Source: Anaerohalosphaeraceae bacterium (GTDB lineage Bacteria > Planctomycetota > Phycisphaerae > Sedimentisphaerales > Anaerohalosphaeraceae). From it: a DNA stretch of 64,000 nt. The notes below the pieces were generated by a model that was not told where the DNA came from, did not search any database, and saw nothing but the letters and a program-made list of their open reading frames with translations. Where the stretch lies: assembly GCA_963675525.2 (NCBI GenBank), contig CAXXSL010000001.1, positions 96,001-160,000 of the forward strand, read 5' to 3'. Within the stretch, counting starts at the first letter, position 1, and each line of letters begins with the position of its first letter. This document shows, one piece after another, positions 19,732 to 30,003 of the stretch. A program made the translations under genes and the position numbers.

Positions 19732-20258
19732 GTTAGCCCTCGCAACTTTAGTTGCGGGGTTTGGAGAAGGAGAAAAATGATTGCGTATATGTTGACATGG
19801 ACGACGTATGGAACATGGCTTCAGGGTGATAAAAGAGGGTATGTCAAGGATGGAAAAACGTATGCAACCAATCCAGGACTTTACAACTCGAATCGAATGG
19901 CTCTCAAGCATCTGCCCGTTTATTTGTCGGAGGACCAAAGAAATCTTGTAAAGGTCCAAATCATCGAGGAAGCAGAACGGATCGGACAAAAAATTTATGC
20001 ATTGACGATCCAGGATAGACATGTACATTTGGTTGCTGAAAAAACAAATGAGACAATTGAGTCCGCGGTTCATCATTATAAGCGGACAGCGACGTATGTT
20101 CTTCGTCAAAATGGTTTTATCGGAAAAGTATGGACAAAAGGGTATGATAAGCGTTATTGTTTGAATCAGGGCCAGTTGAAGGCAAGGGTTGAATACGTGT
20201 TAAGGCATGATGTGAAAATTGAGAAAAGACCCCCGCAACTGAGTTGCAAGGGCTAAAC
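19732..20258 (+). mobile_element. REP-associated tyrosine transposase (RAYT) module flanked by inverted REPs
   Basis: Left REP GTTAGCCCTCGCAAC-TTTA-GTTGCGGGG (19732-19759). The right REP is an inverted copy, CCCCCGCAAC-TGA-GTTGCAAGGGCTAAAC (20230-20258). Confidence 0.8.
19777..20256 (+). CDS. IS200/IS605-like Y1 HUH transposase (RAYT type)
   Basis: YMLTWTTYGTWL.GD.RG, HUH motif HVHLV, VWTKGY and catalytic Tyr in VEYV. Confidence 0.85.
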   Translation: MIAYMLTWTTYGTWLQGDKRGYVKDGKTYATNPGLYNSNRMALKHLPVYLSEDQRNLVKVQIIEEAERIGQKIYALTIQDRHVHLVAEKTNETIESAVHHYKRTATYVLRQNGFIGKVWTKGYDKRYCLNQGQLKARVEYVLRHDVKIEKRPPQLSCKG

Positions 20259-20295
20259 GGGAATACGGTTGCGGGGTTTAAACGAGGAGAATAAC

Positions 20296-21234
20296 ATGCG
20301 AAAAGAATTTGTGACGCGGTATGAGGGCAATCCGATTTTGACGAAGGCGGATGTGCCGTATAAGGTGGAGACGGTTCATAATGCCGGCGTGGTCAAGCAC
20401 AACGGCCAATACATTATGCTGTTTCGTTCGCATCTGGATACGGGCCGCTCGATCATCGGTAAGGCCGTCAGCGATGACGGGTTTAACTTTACCGTCGAAC
20501 CGAGCCCCGTTTATGACTCCGTCCAAAGAGGGTGATTTTGCCGAGTATGAGGCGTTCGGCGTCGAGGACCCGCGCATCAATCCGCTGGAAGGGGCGTATT
20601 ACATCACCTACAGCGCCTATTCCAAGCACGGCGTGCGAATCGGGCTGGCGAAAACGACCGATTTTATCAGACAATTGAACGGATTGCCTTTATTACGCAG
20701 GCCGATTACCGCAATACGGTGATTTTTCCGGAAAAAATCAATGGCCGGTATGTCAAGCTGGACCGCCCGCATTCGGACATCAGCCCGTGGTCGATCTGGT
20801 GTGAGTATTCGCCCGATCTGCGGCACTGGGGCGATTCCAAGGTCATCATGAAGCCGGTCACCTATCACTGGGACGAGATGAAGATCGGTCCCGGCGCACC
20901 ACCGATCAAGACCGCCAAGGGCTGGCTGAATATCTATCACGGCGTGTACCCCACAATGGACGGCAGTGTGTACCGCCTCGGCGTCTGCCTGCATAAGCTG
21001 GATGATCCGGCGGCGATTCTGGGTGTATCGGACCGATGGATTCTAACGCCGGAGGACCCGTGGGAGCTGGTTGGTTATGTGCATAACGTGGTCTTTACCT
21101 GTGCCGCGGTCCCGGAGGACGACGGAACGCTGAAACTCTACTGGGGCGCCGCTGATACCGTCATGTGTGCCGGCACGGCGAATATTGATGAACTGGTCGA
21201 CCTTTGTCTGACTGACAGCCGCCCGCCGATGTGA
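20296..21234 (+). CDS. GH130 glycoside phosphorylase/glycosidase; two frameshifts (~20505, ~20665)
   Basis: Three consecutive frames join: RYEGNPILT..VHNAGV / FGVEDPRI / YRNTVIFPEKING..KIGPGAPPIKT..GYVHNVVF..LYWGAADT. Confidence 0.8.
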
Positions 21235-21312
21235 TTTGAAACCGCAGATTTCGCGGATTGCACAGATTTTAATAAAAAGATAATTACAGGACCCGAGTAG
21301 AATGGAAAATAA

Positions 21313-22479
21313 ATGAAAACCATTAATGTTGTACTGCTCAGCATAATCATATCTATTGGCATCTTGCTGGCTGGTTATGCAGGCTTGATGTACCTTGGCG
21401 CCAAGATGTGGGAAAGTGGTTGGGTTAGAGGTGATTCGATTGAAGGGCCTGATGGATATACATATTGCCTAATGCTCGAAACTGGTTTGATGCAGGATCC
21501 ACATACAAAACTCATTAGAACAAAAGATATAAAAAACGAAGATACTTATGAAGTTTTAGGTTCAACAAATGATGAGTCAAGTTGGTTGCCAGTTATTCGA
21601 CCTTTAAACTCTCCAAAGGTTGAAGGAGACATGCGATATTTACCAACAAACAATGTTGTATACGGGGTTTCTCATTATAATAAAGTTTATTTTATATATG
21701 ATATTGATAACGATCAATATTATGAAGGTTACGAAAGCGGAGAAATGTCTCCATTTATACTAATTGAACATGAAGATACAAAGTTATATAAACCTGACAT
21801 ATTCCCAGTTCTTATGCGTGTTGTAAAGGAATATGATTTCTATATCGACACCAAAAAGTATCTGGAGCCAGATATTAAAGATTCAGAAATTGAAGAACAG
21901 TTAGGAAAGCAATATTTGGCTGACTGGCCTTCACCAGAGGCATTAAAAGGGGGAATGAGTCATCCAAATGAAGAAGTAAGGAAATTATCTAAGTGGATTA
22001 TGGCAATTCAAGAAAATGGATTGTCGCATGATTCCGAAGCCATTGATGAACTCATAACTTTCTTAATTGAAAACATAAATATTAAAGATGATTATGCTCA
22101 AGACTGCCTAATTTCAACATTGGGATATTTTAGAAATTCCTACATAACAAAAGCCATACCTTGTATGGAAGAGATTATATTGCGTAAAGACGAGAAAATT
22201 GCTTCTGATGTTGCAGAAAGTTTGGGAAGAATGGGTTCTCCTGCATATCCTTTTTTAGTTGAGTGTTTGAAGTCAGAAGATGAATCAATACGTCATTTAG
22301 GATTGGTGGGTTTTAGTAATGCTGATGCTGATGCCAGAATTTACGTAGAAGAAATTAAGTTATTATTAAATGACAGCAGTATAAATGTACGACAGCAGGC
22401 ATCAGAAGCGTTAGATCGCATTAAATGGAGTTGCGAGATGGTGCAACTCATTCAATTACATAGGCAACCCAATGAATAG
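21313..22479 (+). CDS. Membrane-anchored HEAT-repeat protein (AT-rich)
   Basis: N-terminal TM helix and C-terminal HEAT-like repeats (LLNDSSINVRQQASEALDRI). Confidence 0.7.
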   Translation: MKTINVVLLSIIISIGILLAGYAGLMYLGAKMWESGWVRGDSIEGPDGYTYCLMLETGLMQDPHTKLIRTKDIKNEDTYEVLGSTNDESSWLPVIRPLNSPKVEGDMRYLPTNNVVYGVSHYNKVYFIYDIDNDQYYEGYESGEMSPFILIEHEDTKLYKPDIFPVLMRVVKEYDFYIDTKKYLEPDIKDSEIEEQLGKQYLADWPSPEALKGGMSHPNEEVRKLSKWIMAIQENGLSHDSEAIDELITFLIENINIKDDYAQDCLISTLGYFRNSYITKAIPCMEEIILRKDEKIASDVAESLGRMGSPAYPFLVECLKSEDESIRHLGLVGFSNADADARIYVEEIKLLLNDSSINVRQQASEALDRIKWSCEMVQLIQLHRQPNE

Positions 22480-22993
22480 TACGATTGAAGTATATTATCG
22501 TTTGCGTGCTGAGGTGGACCGTCAGACTGCCGCGTTAGAGAGTGTGCATTCTGATTGGATGGCTTGCAAGAAGGGGTGCTGTGGGTGTTGTATGGACCTC
22601 ACGGTCTGGCCGGTGGAGTTTTATTCGATTGTTGAAGAAATAAAGCAGCTTGAGTGGGATAAACCCCAATTCAACGACGATGCAGCATGCGGTTTTTTGA
22701 AAGACGGTCTTTGTGTTATCTATCCATTCAGACCGATTATTTGCCGGACGCATGGATTGCCGCTGGTGTACTGGCACGAGGAAACCGACCCGCCGGGTTA
22801 CGGTGTGATGTTTTGTGAGAAAAACTTCAGAGATGCCGACGAAATTGAATTCGGCCCGGACAGCACGCTGAATATGGATAAGGTTAACGAGAAACTGGCC
22901 CGGCTCAATGTCGCCTTTGTCGAGGAAAAAAAAGACCTGTCACTGGAATCCGACACGCGAATAGAAATGCGAAAGTTATTGGATTATCTTTAA
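22472..22993 (+). CDS. YkgJ-family Cys-cluster (Zn/Fe-chelating) protein
   Basis: CKKGCCGCC...CGFL..GLCVIYPFRPIICRTHGLP. Confidence 0.85.
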   Translation: MNSTIEVYYRLRAEVDRQTAALESVHSDWMACKKGCCGCCMDLTVWPVEFYSIVEEIKQLEWDKPQFNDDAACGFLKDGLCVIYPFRPIICRTHGLPLVYWHEETDPPGYGVMFCEKNFRDADEIEFGPDSTLNMDKVNEKLARLNVAFVEEKKDLSLESDTRIEMRKLLDYL

Positions 22994-23068
22994 CGACTGT
23001 GTGTCTTAGAGATTATAGCACTATCTGACATCCCCAATAAGGAACCGCTTCGCGGGGCTATTTTTAAT

Positions 23069-23095
23069 AGATTCCTCACATTTGTTCGGGATGAC
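23069..23095. repeat. REP-like half element
   Basis: Reverse complement GTCATCCCGAACAAATGTGAGGAATCT has the same GTCAT.CC terminus as the 8792 and 23813 elements. Confidence 0.5.
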
Positions 23096-23118
23096 CCGAT
23101 GGGTTTTCTTAGACGGTT

Positions 23119-23796
23119 TTAGTGCATGATATTGAACAGCATTGCCATGTCAATTTGCGAAAAATCGTCATAAACGCCCTTTGCATCATGGGCTTCGGTC
23201 AGTTCATGCGGATCACCGCCGAATGTGATGACGATATACGGCATGCCCGCGGCACGTGCGGCTTTGAAACCGGAGGCTGAATCTTCAATAACCAGGCATT
23301 TTTCCGGCAGAACTGCCATTCCCTCGGCGGCTTTTAAAAACAGTTCCGGGTCCGGTTTTCCAACAGAGACAAGATCACGGTAGACAACAGCCTGAAAAAA
23401 TTTCCGAATCCCCAGTTCGTCCAGCACAAAATCGACATTTTCCTTGGGGGAATTTGATGCGGCCGCACAGGGGGTCTCTTTTTCGGCAAGCTGTTCCAAC
23501 AGGGCGACCAAGCCGGGCGTTTCTTTCATCACCGGCCGGAATGTTTGGCGATACAGGGATTCTTTCTCGATCTCGATCTTGCGGATAAAGGCTGCGTCCA
23601 CGTCCGGGCCGAACAGGTTTACTACGATCTGGTCGTTGCTGCGTGCGTGGATCTTCTCATGATACGATTGATGGTCCAGCGGAATCTCGTACCGGGCGCA
23701 CAGATCGAACCACGCCTGGCGGTGATAGCTGGTGTTATTGACCATCGTGCCGTCAATGTCAAAAATGACGCCGAACTGATATTTATTCTCTGCCAT
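23119..23796 (-). CDS. HAD-family phosphatase (beta-phosphoglucomutase-like)
   Basis: FDIDGT, KPDPELF and IEDSASGFKAARAAGM motifs. Confidence 0.9.
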   Translation of the reverse strand: MAENKYQFGVIFDIDGTMVNNTSYHRQAWFDLCARYEIPLDHQSYHEKIHARSNDQIVVNLFGPDVDAAFIRKIEIEKESLYRQTFRPVMKETPGLVALLEQLAEKETPCAAASNSPKENVDFVLDELGIRKFFQAVVYRDLVSVGKPDPELFLKAAEGMAVLPEKCLVIEDSASGFKAARAAGMPYIVITFGGDPHELTEAHDAKGVYDDFSQIDMAMLFNIMH

Positions 23797-23812
23797 TCTG
23801 GTTCCTTTACGT

Positions 23813-23882
23813 TGTCATCCCGGATATCGAGCCGAAATCCGGTCCGTCACCCTCTGGATGCCGGGTCAAGCCCGGCATGACA
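23813..23882. repeat. Palindromic REP-like element
   Basis: TGTCATCCCGG...ATCC...TGGATGCCGGGTCAAGCCCGGCATGACA. Confidence 0.75.
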
Positions 23883-23939
23883 AGCGAAATAATACGAGCC
23901 GGATACCCTACACTAAAATCACAAAAAGTCAAGTACCGA

Positions 23940-24248
23940 TCAAAGGGCGGGGAGGTGATGGCCGGAGGTAAAGGTTTCGCGGTGTATCTGCCCGACGTAA
24001 AACCGGCCGTCATTGAGGATGAAATTGACGATCTTGTCCAGTTGTTCATCCAGATGCGAGCCTTCGTTGGAGATAACGCCCACACCGACAACGGCCAACC
24101 TGGTACTGTCCTGGGCGGCGATTTCCGCAACCGAAGCGTTGAAACGGTTGCGCAGACGCTCAACAAGGCTTTTGACGATGCTGCGCTTGCCTTTCAGCGA
24201 GCCGACGGCCTCCAGATGAAGATGAATTGTCAACAAACCGATAACCAT
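23940..24248 (-). CDS. DUF503 family protein
   Basis: SLKGKRSIVKSLVERLRNRFNASVAE signature. Confidence 0.85.
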   Translation of the reverse strand: MVIGLLTIHLHLEAVGSLKGKRSIVKSLVERLRNRFNASVAEIAAQDSTRLAVVGVGVISNEGSHLDEQLDKIVNFILNDGRFYVGQIHRETFTSGHHLPAL

Positions 24249-24270
24249 AATTACAGTTACTGCTTTATAA

Positions 24271-25263
24271 TTAAACCTCCGTTACAGGTTCGATCAGGCA
24301 GGGCTTCAAATGCAGGTAGCTTGTTGTCCGGCGCTTCTGATCAATGTCCTCATAGACCCATTGTACCTGATCGGATTCCAGACCCACCGCCGGGGCAACC
24401 TGTTCGGGTGTAAAGCCGTTATTTTTGCCGTAGAGACACAGGTCCATTTTATCATACGGCAGGGAGAAATAGAATTCTTCCTGCGACTGCGGCATGGAAT
24501 AGGTGTCCGTAGTGGGGGGGCGGTTGCAGATATCGTCGGGCAGACCGAGATACCGGGCCATCGCGTACACCTGCGTTTTATACAGGTGTGCGATCGGCTT
24601 GATGTCCGCCAATCCATCGCCGCCTTTGACGAAGAACCCCTGGTCGTACTCAAGCCGGTTCGGTGTACCGGTAACGGCGTAGTTCAGCCGGTCGGCATGA
24701 TAATACTCAAGCATTTTACGGGTTCGCTGCTTGAAGTTGGTCGCGGCGACGATGCCCAGGTAAGCGGTTGGTGGGAGTCGTTTTTGGATCGTTTCACCTT
24801 TAGGCGACATGGCGACAACGGAGAAAAACCGCAGACTTTTGCTGTCCGTGACACTTGGCAGAACGATTTTGGATTTCCAGCCGGCCGACGAATCATATTC
24901 AGGGATGACTTCGCGAATCGCGTCGTCGCGGCGCTGATAACAGCCAAAAGCCTCAAGCATGGGCGTAATGATCTCCTTTTTGCTGTCAATGCCCAAATGG
25001 TCAGAAACCATTGTACTCAAGCGGATTGTTTCGGGTGAAGAGTCGACCTCCGGCATATGCAAACCGAATACCCGTTCTTTACCGATCGCCGCGACGCACA
25101 GGGCCGCGACGGTGCTGCTGTCAATGCCGCCGGACAGGCCGACAACCAGCCCTTTTCGCTTTAAATCGCCTCTTAATGATTTCTGAATAGCGGTTTTGAC
25201 TTTTTCCAGTTCCTGAGCGAAGTCCAACTCCAGAACATTTTCTGTTAGCATTTTCGAATTCAC
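24271..25263 (-). CDS. nadE: NAD synthetase (NadE)-like ATP pyrophosphatase
   Basis: GLSGGIDSS, NFKQRTR, GTPNRLE, KGGDG.ADIKPIAHLYKTQVY. Confidence 0.85.
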   Translation of the reverse strand: MNSKMLTENVLELDFAQELEKVKTAIQKSLRGDLKRKGLVVGLSGGIDSSTVAALCVAAIGKERVFGLHMPEVDSSPETIRLSTMVSDHLGIDSKKEIITPMLEAFGCYQRRDDAIREVIPEYDSSAGWKSKIVLPSVTDSKSLRFFSVVAMSPKGETIQKRLPPTAYLGIVAATNFKQRTRKMLEYYHADRLNYAVTGTPNRLEYDQGFFVKGGDGLADIKPIAHLYKTQVYAMARYLGLPDDICNRPPTTDTYSMPQSQEEFYFSLPYDKMDLCLYGKNNGFTPEQVAPAVGLESDQVQWVYEDIDQKRRTTSYLHLKPCLIEPVTEV

Positions 25264-26861
25264 GGATTTAATTCCTCCCGTTTTTTTAATTGTTTTTTAT
25301 CAATTTTTCCATTCGGTGTTTTTGGCAAGGCTTCTACAATTTCGATATATTTGGGAACCATGTAGTTTTCCATTGTTTCCGAACACGATTTTAAAATCTG
25401 CTGATCGGTCAAAGGATATCCTTCGTTCAGGACTACAAACGCCTTAACGACCTGCCCGAAGATTTCGTCCGGGACCCCGATGACAGCGGTTTCGGAAATA
25501 CCGTCAATTTGTAACAGCAGGTTTTCCACTTCAAGCGGACTGACACGTTCTCCGCGTGTTTTGATCATATCTCCTTTTCGGCTGACAAAATAAAGAAAAC
25601 CGTCTTTATCGCGTCTGAAGAAATCCCCCGTGTAGAGGTGGACCTGTTCGGGCAGAGGTCCGGGGCGAAATACCTGAGCGGTCAGTTCCGGGTCCTTATA
25701 ATAGCCGTCCATCACATTGGCTCCGGTGACGACCAATTCACCGACCTCGTCGGGCCCGGTTTCATGGCCGTTTTCATCGGCGATCCAAACCTTGCAGTTT
25801 GGGATTTCAAAACCCACCGAATCCGGGCGTTCGTCGATAAATTCGGGTTTCAGGTAACAGGTTCGTACGCATTCTGTCAGACCGTACATCGGGTAAATCT
25901 TCACATGCGGGATCAGTTTTCGTAACTGTCGTGTGTAACGTACCGGAAGGGCGGCTCCTGCGTTTGTGATATATTTAAGGCTTGAGAAATCATACTCTTC
26001 GATGCCCTGAAGTTTGAGCATCATCGCCAGCACTGTCGGCACAACCGGCAAAGCGGTGACACAGTGTTCTGAGATTTTCCTCAGGGTATCATGCAAATAA
26101 ACAAACCCTTTTTCGAGAACAACGGTTCCGCCGAATATCGCGGCCATAAGGACCTGATAAAGACCGTACCCGAAGGACAGTGACAGGACATTTAATATGA
26201 CGTCATCATGGTCATTTTCGAGGTAATGGATTATGCTTTGGGCAACATTTATCATTTTATGATGCGGCTGCATGACCCCTTTGGGCTGACCGGTGGAACC
26301 GGACGTATAGATCAATGCAGCAAGGTCTTTTTCATCGGCCCGGGGCAAAGAGACAGATGCGACCGCTTTTTCCTGCGAGGTCAGTTCATTCCAGTTATAA
26401 GATACCATTGCGGTTTTTAATGCCGGGGGAATAGTGCCCGTTGGCGTGACCCAGATAACCGAGGGCTTTTCTTCACAAACGTCGATTGCCTGTAATACAA
26501 TTCGGGCCTTGGCCGTATGCGTAATGAGTATTTTGGCGTCGCTGTTATTGAGGATATAATTGAGCTTTCCGGCTTTGACGGTACTGTTGATAATAACGAA
26601 AGTTCCGGCAGCTTTGGAAATAGCATAGAGGGCTACGACTGTTTCAGCGGAATTATCCAGAAGGACGGCGACCTTGTCCTGAGGCCGAATGCCACGATCG
26701 AGCAATTGAAATGCCAGTGAGGTTGAGATGTCGTCCATTTCCTGAAAAGACACGTGTTTTGACCCGCAAATAATAAACGGCTTATCGCCGTGTTGTTTTG
26801 CGGCTTCCGTCAAATAATCATGTATGAGTGCAGGTTTTAACATATTTGCTTTATCGATCAT
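25260..26861 (-). CDS. AMP-dependent acyl ligase (ANL superfamily)
   Basis: YTSGSTGQPKGV, MYGLTEC, YTGD and PKTPNGKIDK motifs. Confidence 0.9.
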   Translation of the reverse strand: MIDKANMLKPALIHDYLTEAAKQHGDKPFIICGSKHVSFQEMDDISTSLAFQLLDRGIRPQDKVAVLLDNSAETVVALYAISKAAGTFVIINSTVKAGKLNYILNNSDAKILITHTAKARIVLQAIDVCEEKPSVIWVTPTGTIPPALKTAMVSYNWNELTSQEKAVASVSLPRADEKDLAALIYTSGSTGQPKGVMQPHHKMINVAQSIIHYLENDHDDVILNVLSLSFGYGLYQVLMAAIFGGTVVLEKGFVYLHDTLRKISEHCVTALPVVPTVLAMMLKLQGIEEYDFSSLKYITNAGAALPVRYTRQLRKLIPHVKIYPMYGLTECVRTCYLKPEFIDERPDSVGFEIPNCKVWIADENGHETGPDEVGELVVTGANVMDGYYKDPELTAQVFRPGPLPEQVHLYTGDFFRRDKDGFLYFVSRKGDMIKTRGERVSPLEVENLLLQIDGISETAVIGVPDEIFGQVVKAFVVLNEGYPLTDQQILKSCSETMENYMVPKYIEIVEALPKTPNGKIDKKQLKKREELNP

Positions 26862-26865
26862 TTGT

Positions 26866-28857
26866 TCAATTGTTATCGGCGACGGCACGGCTTCTTTTAT
26901 CAACGAAAACGGTCAGATTGCTGACGGTTGAGGCGGCCCGAGGCCGGTTTTGAATAAACCGGTCATTGATTATTTGAGTCGAGAGAATGCCCGCCAGAGC
27001 CATTCCGTCGACTTCGCTGATGTTTTTTGAGGTTCGCAGTTTTTCAATAAGGCGTTGTGTTTTTACAGGATCAAAAATTCCCGCTTGTGCGATAGCGCTG
27101 GAACAGAGCATTTCCTCGATATATTCTGTGCTGTTATACAGCAGGGTTTGTGCAATCGGGGCCCGATACGGGTGTTTAGAGCGGTACGTGATCGAATCGG
27201 GAAGGAGATCGTTAAACACCTTTTTCAGTAAGAATTTTTCATTCAGGCCAAGAATTTTCCAGCGGGCCGGAACACAGCTCATGTATTCCATTAGACGATA
27301 ATCCAGATAGGGCAGGCGAATCTCCAGTGAATGCGCCATGGCCATTCTGTCGCCCTGAGACGAAAGCAGATAGTTGCTGAGAAAAACAGTCGATTCAAGG
27401 TACTGAGCCTTTGAAAGCCAGTGCCAGTGATTAAACCCTTCCGGCAGGGCTGATATAATATCCTGATAACAATCATAGGAACCGATCGATTCCTGAGTAT
27501 CTTGTGAGAAGAATCCTTTTATCTTACTGGTATTCATCCAGCGGATTTTGTGCGAATACAGCGGGTCAGATGTATTTTCAAGGTCCTTGGCGAAGAATGA
27601 TTTTAGTGTTCCGGCCAGGCGGGGATTGTTCAGGATGTAGGGGTACAATTCCTTTAACAGGTCCGCTCTTCGTGAAGAATTGGGCTGACGAGCCCAGAAA
27701 TGCCTTATTTTTGCTTCCCGGAAAATATTGTACCCTCCAAACATTTCATCGGCCCCCTCACCGGTCAGGACGACTTTGAGCCCGGATTCATTGACCTTTT
27801 TGGACAGCAGGAACAGGGGGGTGGGGGCGGTTCGAAGCTGAGGTTTTTCAGCATGATAGACCACGTCAGTAAACGATTCTGCGATGAGCTGATTGGTCGC
27901 CAGCATTTCCGTATGAGCGACATTCAGATGGGCGACCATTTGACGCTGATGTTGGCCCTCATCAAAGGCGGCCTCTTCGAAGCGAATGCCGAAGGTTTGC
28001 AGATTATTGTTGAAATGACGAGCGATTTTTGCCGTGATGCCGGAAGAATCCAGACCGCCGCTGAGATAGGAACCGACCGGAACATCGGCACGAAGCCGGA
28101 TACGGATGGCATCTGTCAGGATTTCATCGACCTTGTCCCGAATCCTTTCTACCGAATCGTGATTTTGATCCTGTGGAACGGCAAAATCAAGCTGCCAGTA
28201 TTTGTGAATGCTGATTTGCCCGTTTTTGGCAAGAAGATAATGTCCCGGCGGCAATTCATGAATATCTTTAAACATGGTACGTCCGGACAGAGTTGTCCAG
28301 AATGTAAAAATCTGGTCCAATGCAACGGGGTCCAGGTTATTCGGAATTTCATTAAGTGTTAATAAGGATTTTATTTCGGAAGCGAAATACAACGTATTAT
28401 TTTGAACAGTATAATGCACCGGACGAATCCCGATTCGGTCACGTGCCAGAAAGAGTTCCTGAGTTTGGTTGTTCCAGATGGCCAGTCCATACTGCCCATT
28501 CATATGCTTGAGACATTCGGGTCCATATTCCTCATATAAGTGCAGAATGACTTCGGTGTCCGATGTGGTATAAAATTGATGCCCGCAAGATAACAGCTTA
28601 TCTCTTAGTTCGGGATAATTAAACATCTCGCCATTATAGATGATCCAGAGGGTATGATCTTCGTTGTGAATGGGTTGGCCGCCGCCGCTTAAATCGATAA
28701 TGCTTAAACGCGCATGTCCCAAGCCTGCCCGGTCATCAATATAGATTCCCGCCTCATCGGGTCCCCGATGAAGCATGATGGAGATCATTTGCATCAGGGT
28801 TTTTGGGTCAGGCGGGTTGAGTGAATCCAGGGAACATATTCCGCTTATTCCACACAT
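26866..28857 (-). CDS. asnB: Asparagine synthase (glutamine-hydrolysing)-like amidotransferase
   Basis: MCGI N-terminus, HRGPD, LSGGLDSS and LTGEGADE motifs. Confidence 0.9.
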   Translation of the reverse strand: MCGISGICSLDSLNPPDPKTLMQMISIMLHRGPDEAGIYIDDRAGLGHARLSIIDLSGGGQPIHNEDHTLWIIYNGEMFNYPELRDKLLSCGHQFYTTSDTEVILHLYEEYGPECLKHMNGQYGLAIWNNQTQELFLARDRIGIRPVHYTVQNNTLYFASEIKSLLTLNEIPNNLDPVALDQIFTFWTTLSGRTMFKDIHELPPGHYLLAKNGQISIHKYWQLDFAVPQDQNHDSVERIRDKVDEILTDAIRIRLRADVPVGSYLSGGLDSSGITAKIARHFNNNLQTFGIRFEEAAFDEGQHQRQMVAHLNVAHTEMLATNQLIAESFTDVVYHAEKPQLRTAPTPLFLLSKKVNESGLKVVLTGEGADEMFGGYNIFREAKIRHFWARQPNSSRRADLLKELYPYILNNPRLAGTLKSFFAKDLENTSDPLYSHKIRWMNTSKIKGFFSQDTQESIGSYDCYQDIISALPEGFNHWHWLSKAQYLESTVFLSNYLLSSQGDRMAMAHSLEIRLPYLDYRLMEYMSCVPARWKILGLNEKFLLKKVFNDLLPDSITYRSKHPYRAPIAQTLLYNSTEYIEEMLCSSAIAQAGIFDPVKTQRLIEKLRTSKNISEVDGMALAGILSTQIINDRFIQNRPRAASTVSNLTVFVDKRSRAVADNN

Positions 28858-29099
28858 GCAAGTTTCTTTTTAAGGAATTGTTCAATATTAACGATAGAGT
28901 CCAGATTTTCGGGAACCAGTTCATCGTCATGTATCTGGATGCCGTAAGTTTCTTCCATGAATGTGACGAGTTCAAGAATACCTGTAGAATCGATGATGCC
29001 TGATTCTAAAAAAGAGGCATCATTTTGTAGCCCCTGACCGTCCCCGAACATAAAGTTATTTATAATAAATTCTCTGATACTGGTAACGATTTCTTCCAT
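28845..29099 (-). CDS. Acyl carrier protein
   Basis: 84-aa acidic ORF with the GIIDSTG phosphopantetheine site. Confidence 0.9.
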   Translation of the reverse strand: MEEIVTSIREFIINNFMFGDGQGLQNDASFLESGIIDSTGILELVTFMEETYGIQIHDDELVPENLDSIVNIEQFLKKKLACVE

Positions 29100-29248
29100 A
29101 TTTTCTCCTTTTGAAATTCCTTAAATCATATATAATAATAATTTATTGACAATAAATCAAGGTCTTAGGGGGGAAATTTATCCAATTTTCATATCCCCAA
29201 GGCCTTTGTGTGTGTTTTTGTGGGCCAAGATGGTATACTATCAGGTTC

Positions 29249-29278
29249 TTGACAAGCTTTATTTGATAAAGATATAAT
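29249..29278 (+). promoter_or_regulatory. Sigma70-type promoter for the epsI-like gene, with a palindrome in the spacer
   Basis: TTGACA-18 nt-TATAAT. The spacer contains CTTTAT-ttg-ATAAAG. Confidence 0.6.
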
Positions 29279-29340
29279 AAACGGAAAAGAGCAAGGACAC
29301 TATTTGCTTTCAACTATCAGATAGATGGGTATTATTACCG

Positions 29341-30000
29341 ATGAGCACAAAGAGACGATTTTTTTTATTATCGGGACTGACCATTCTTTTTTTTCTGGGA
29401 TCAGGATGGTTGTATCAAAAATCTGCCCATTACTTAAATGCCTTAAGTGATATCAAAGTAATGCCGGCCATTCCCTTTGATCAGTTTCCCTATCAAATCG
29501 GTCCCTGGCAGGGGGTCGATCGTCCCTTGTCGGAAACAGTTTTGAAGGTGGCAGCCAATGATGATTATCTCAGCCGTTATTACGTAGACAACAACAGGCA
29601 TCTTCAGGCGACGCTTTATGTGGCTTATACCGCAGAGCCCAGAAAGATGTTAGGGCATCGTCCGCGTGTGTGTTATGTCAACAGCGGTTGGATCCATGAC
29701 GGAACCGAAGAGCAGCGTTTCGAAACAAGTGGAGTCCACAGAATTCCCTGCCAGATCCACCGTTTTCACAAGACCGGATTAGATTATCAGGACGTTGTTG
29801 TATTAAATTACTATGTTGTTAACGGGGAAACGACGTCAGATCACAAAGCGTTTTCCGGCCTGCGCTGGCGGCGGCCTAAAATGGGAAACGGCCGGCTCGA
29901 CTACGTGGCTCAAGTTCAGATCAGTTCCGCATCCGAGTCCAGTGCCCGGATATTAGCGGAAGAGTTATCGGATCTGATTCTTCAGTATCTTCCCGATTAA
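29341..30000 (+). CDS. epsI: Exosortase-associated EpsI family protein
   Basis: FPYQIGPWQG, DDYLSRYY and HRPRVCYVNSGW motifs, with an N-terminal TM helix. Confidence 0.8.
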   Translation: MSTKRRFFLLSGLTILFFLGSGWLYQKSAHYLNALSDIKVMPAIPFDQFPYQIGPWQGVDRPLSETVLKVAANDDYLSRYYVDNNRHLQATLYVAYTAEPRKMLGHRPRVCYVNSGWIHDGTEEQRFETSGVHRIPCQIHRFHKTGLDYQDVVVLNYYVVNGETTSDHKAFSGLRWRRPKMGNGRLDYVAQVQISSASESSARILAEELSDLILQYLPD

Positions 30001-30003
30001 ACA

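Noticed and set aside
24271..29099. NRPS/PKS or lasso-peptide cluster
   Set aside because: No condensation or KS domains, precursor peptide or B protein. The context points to EPS modification.
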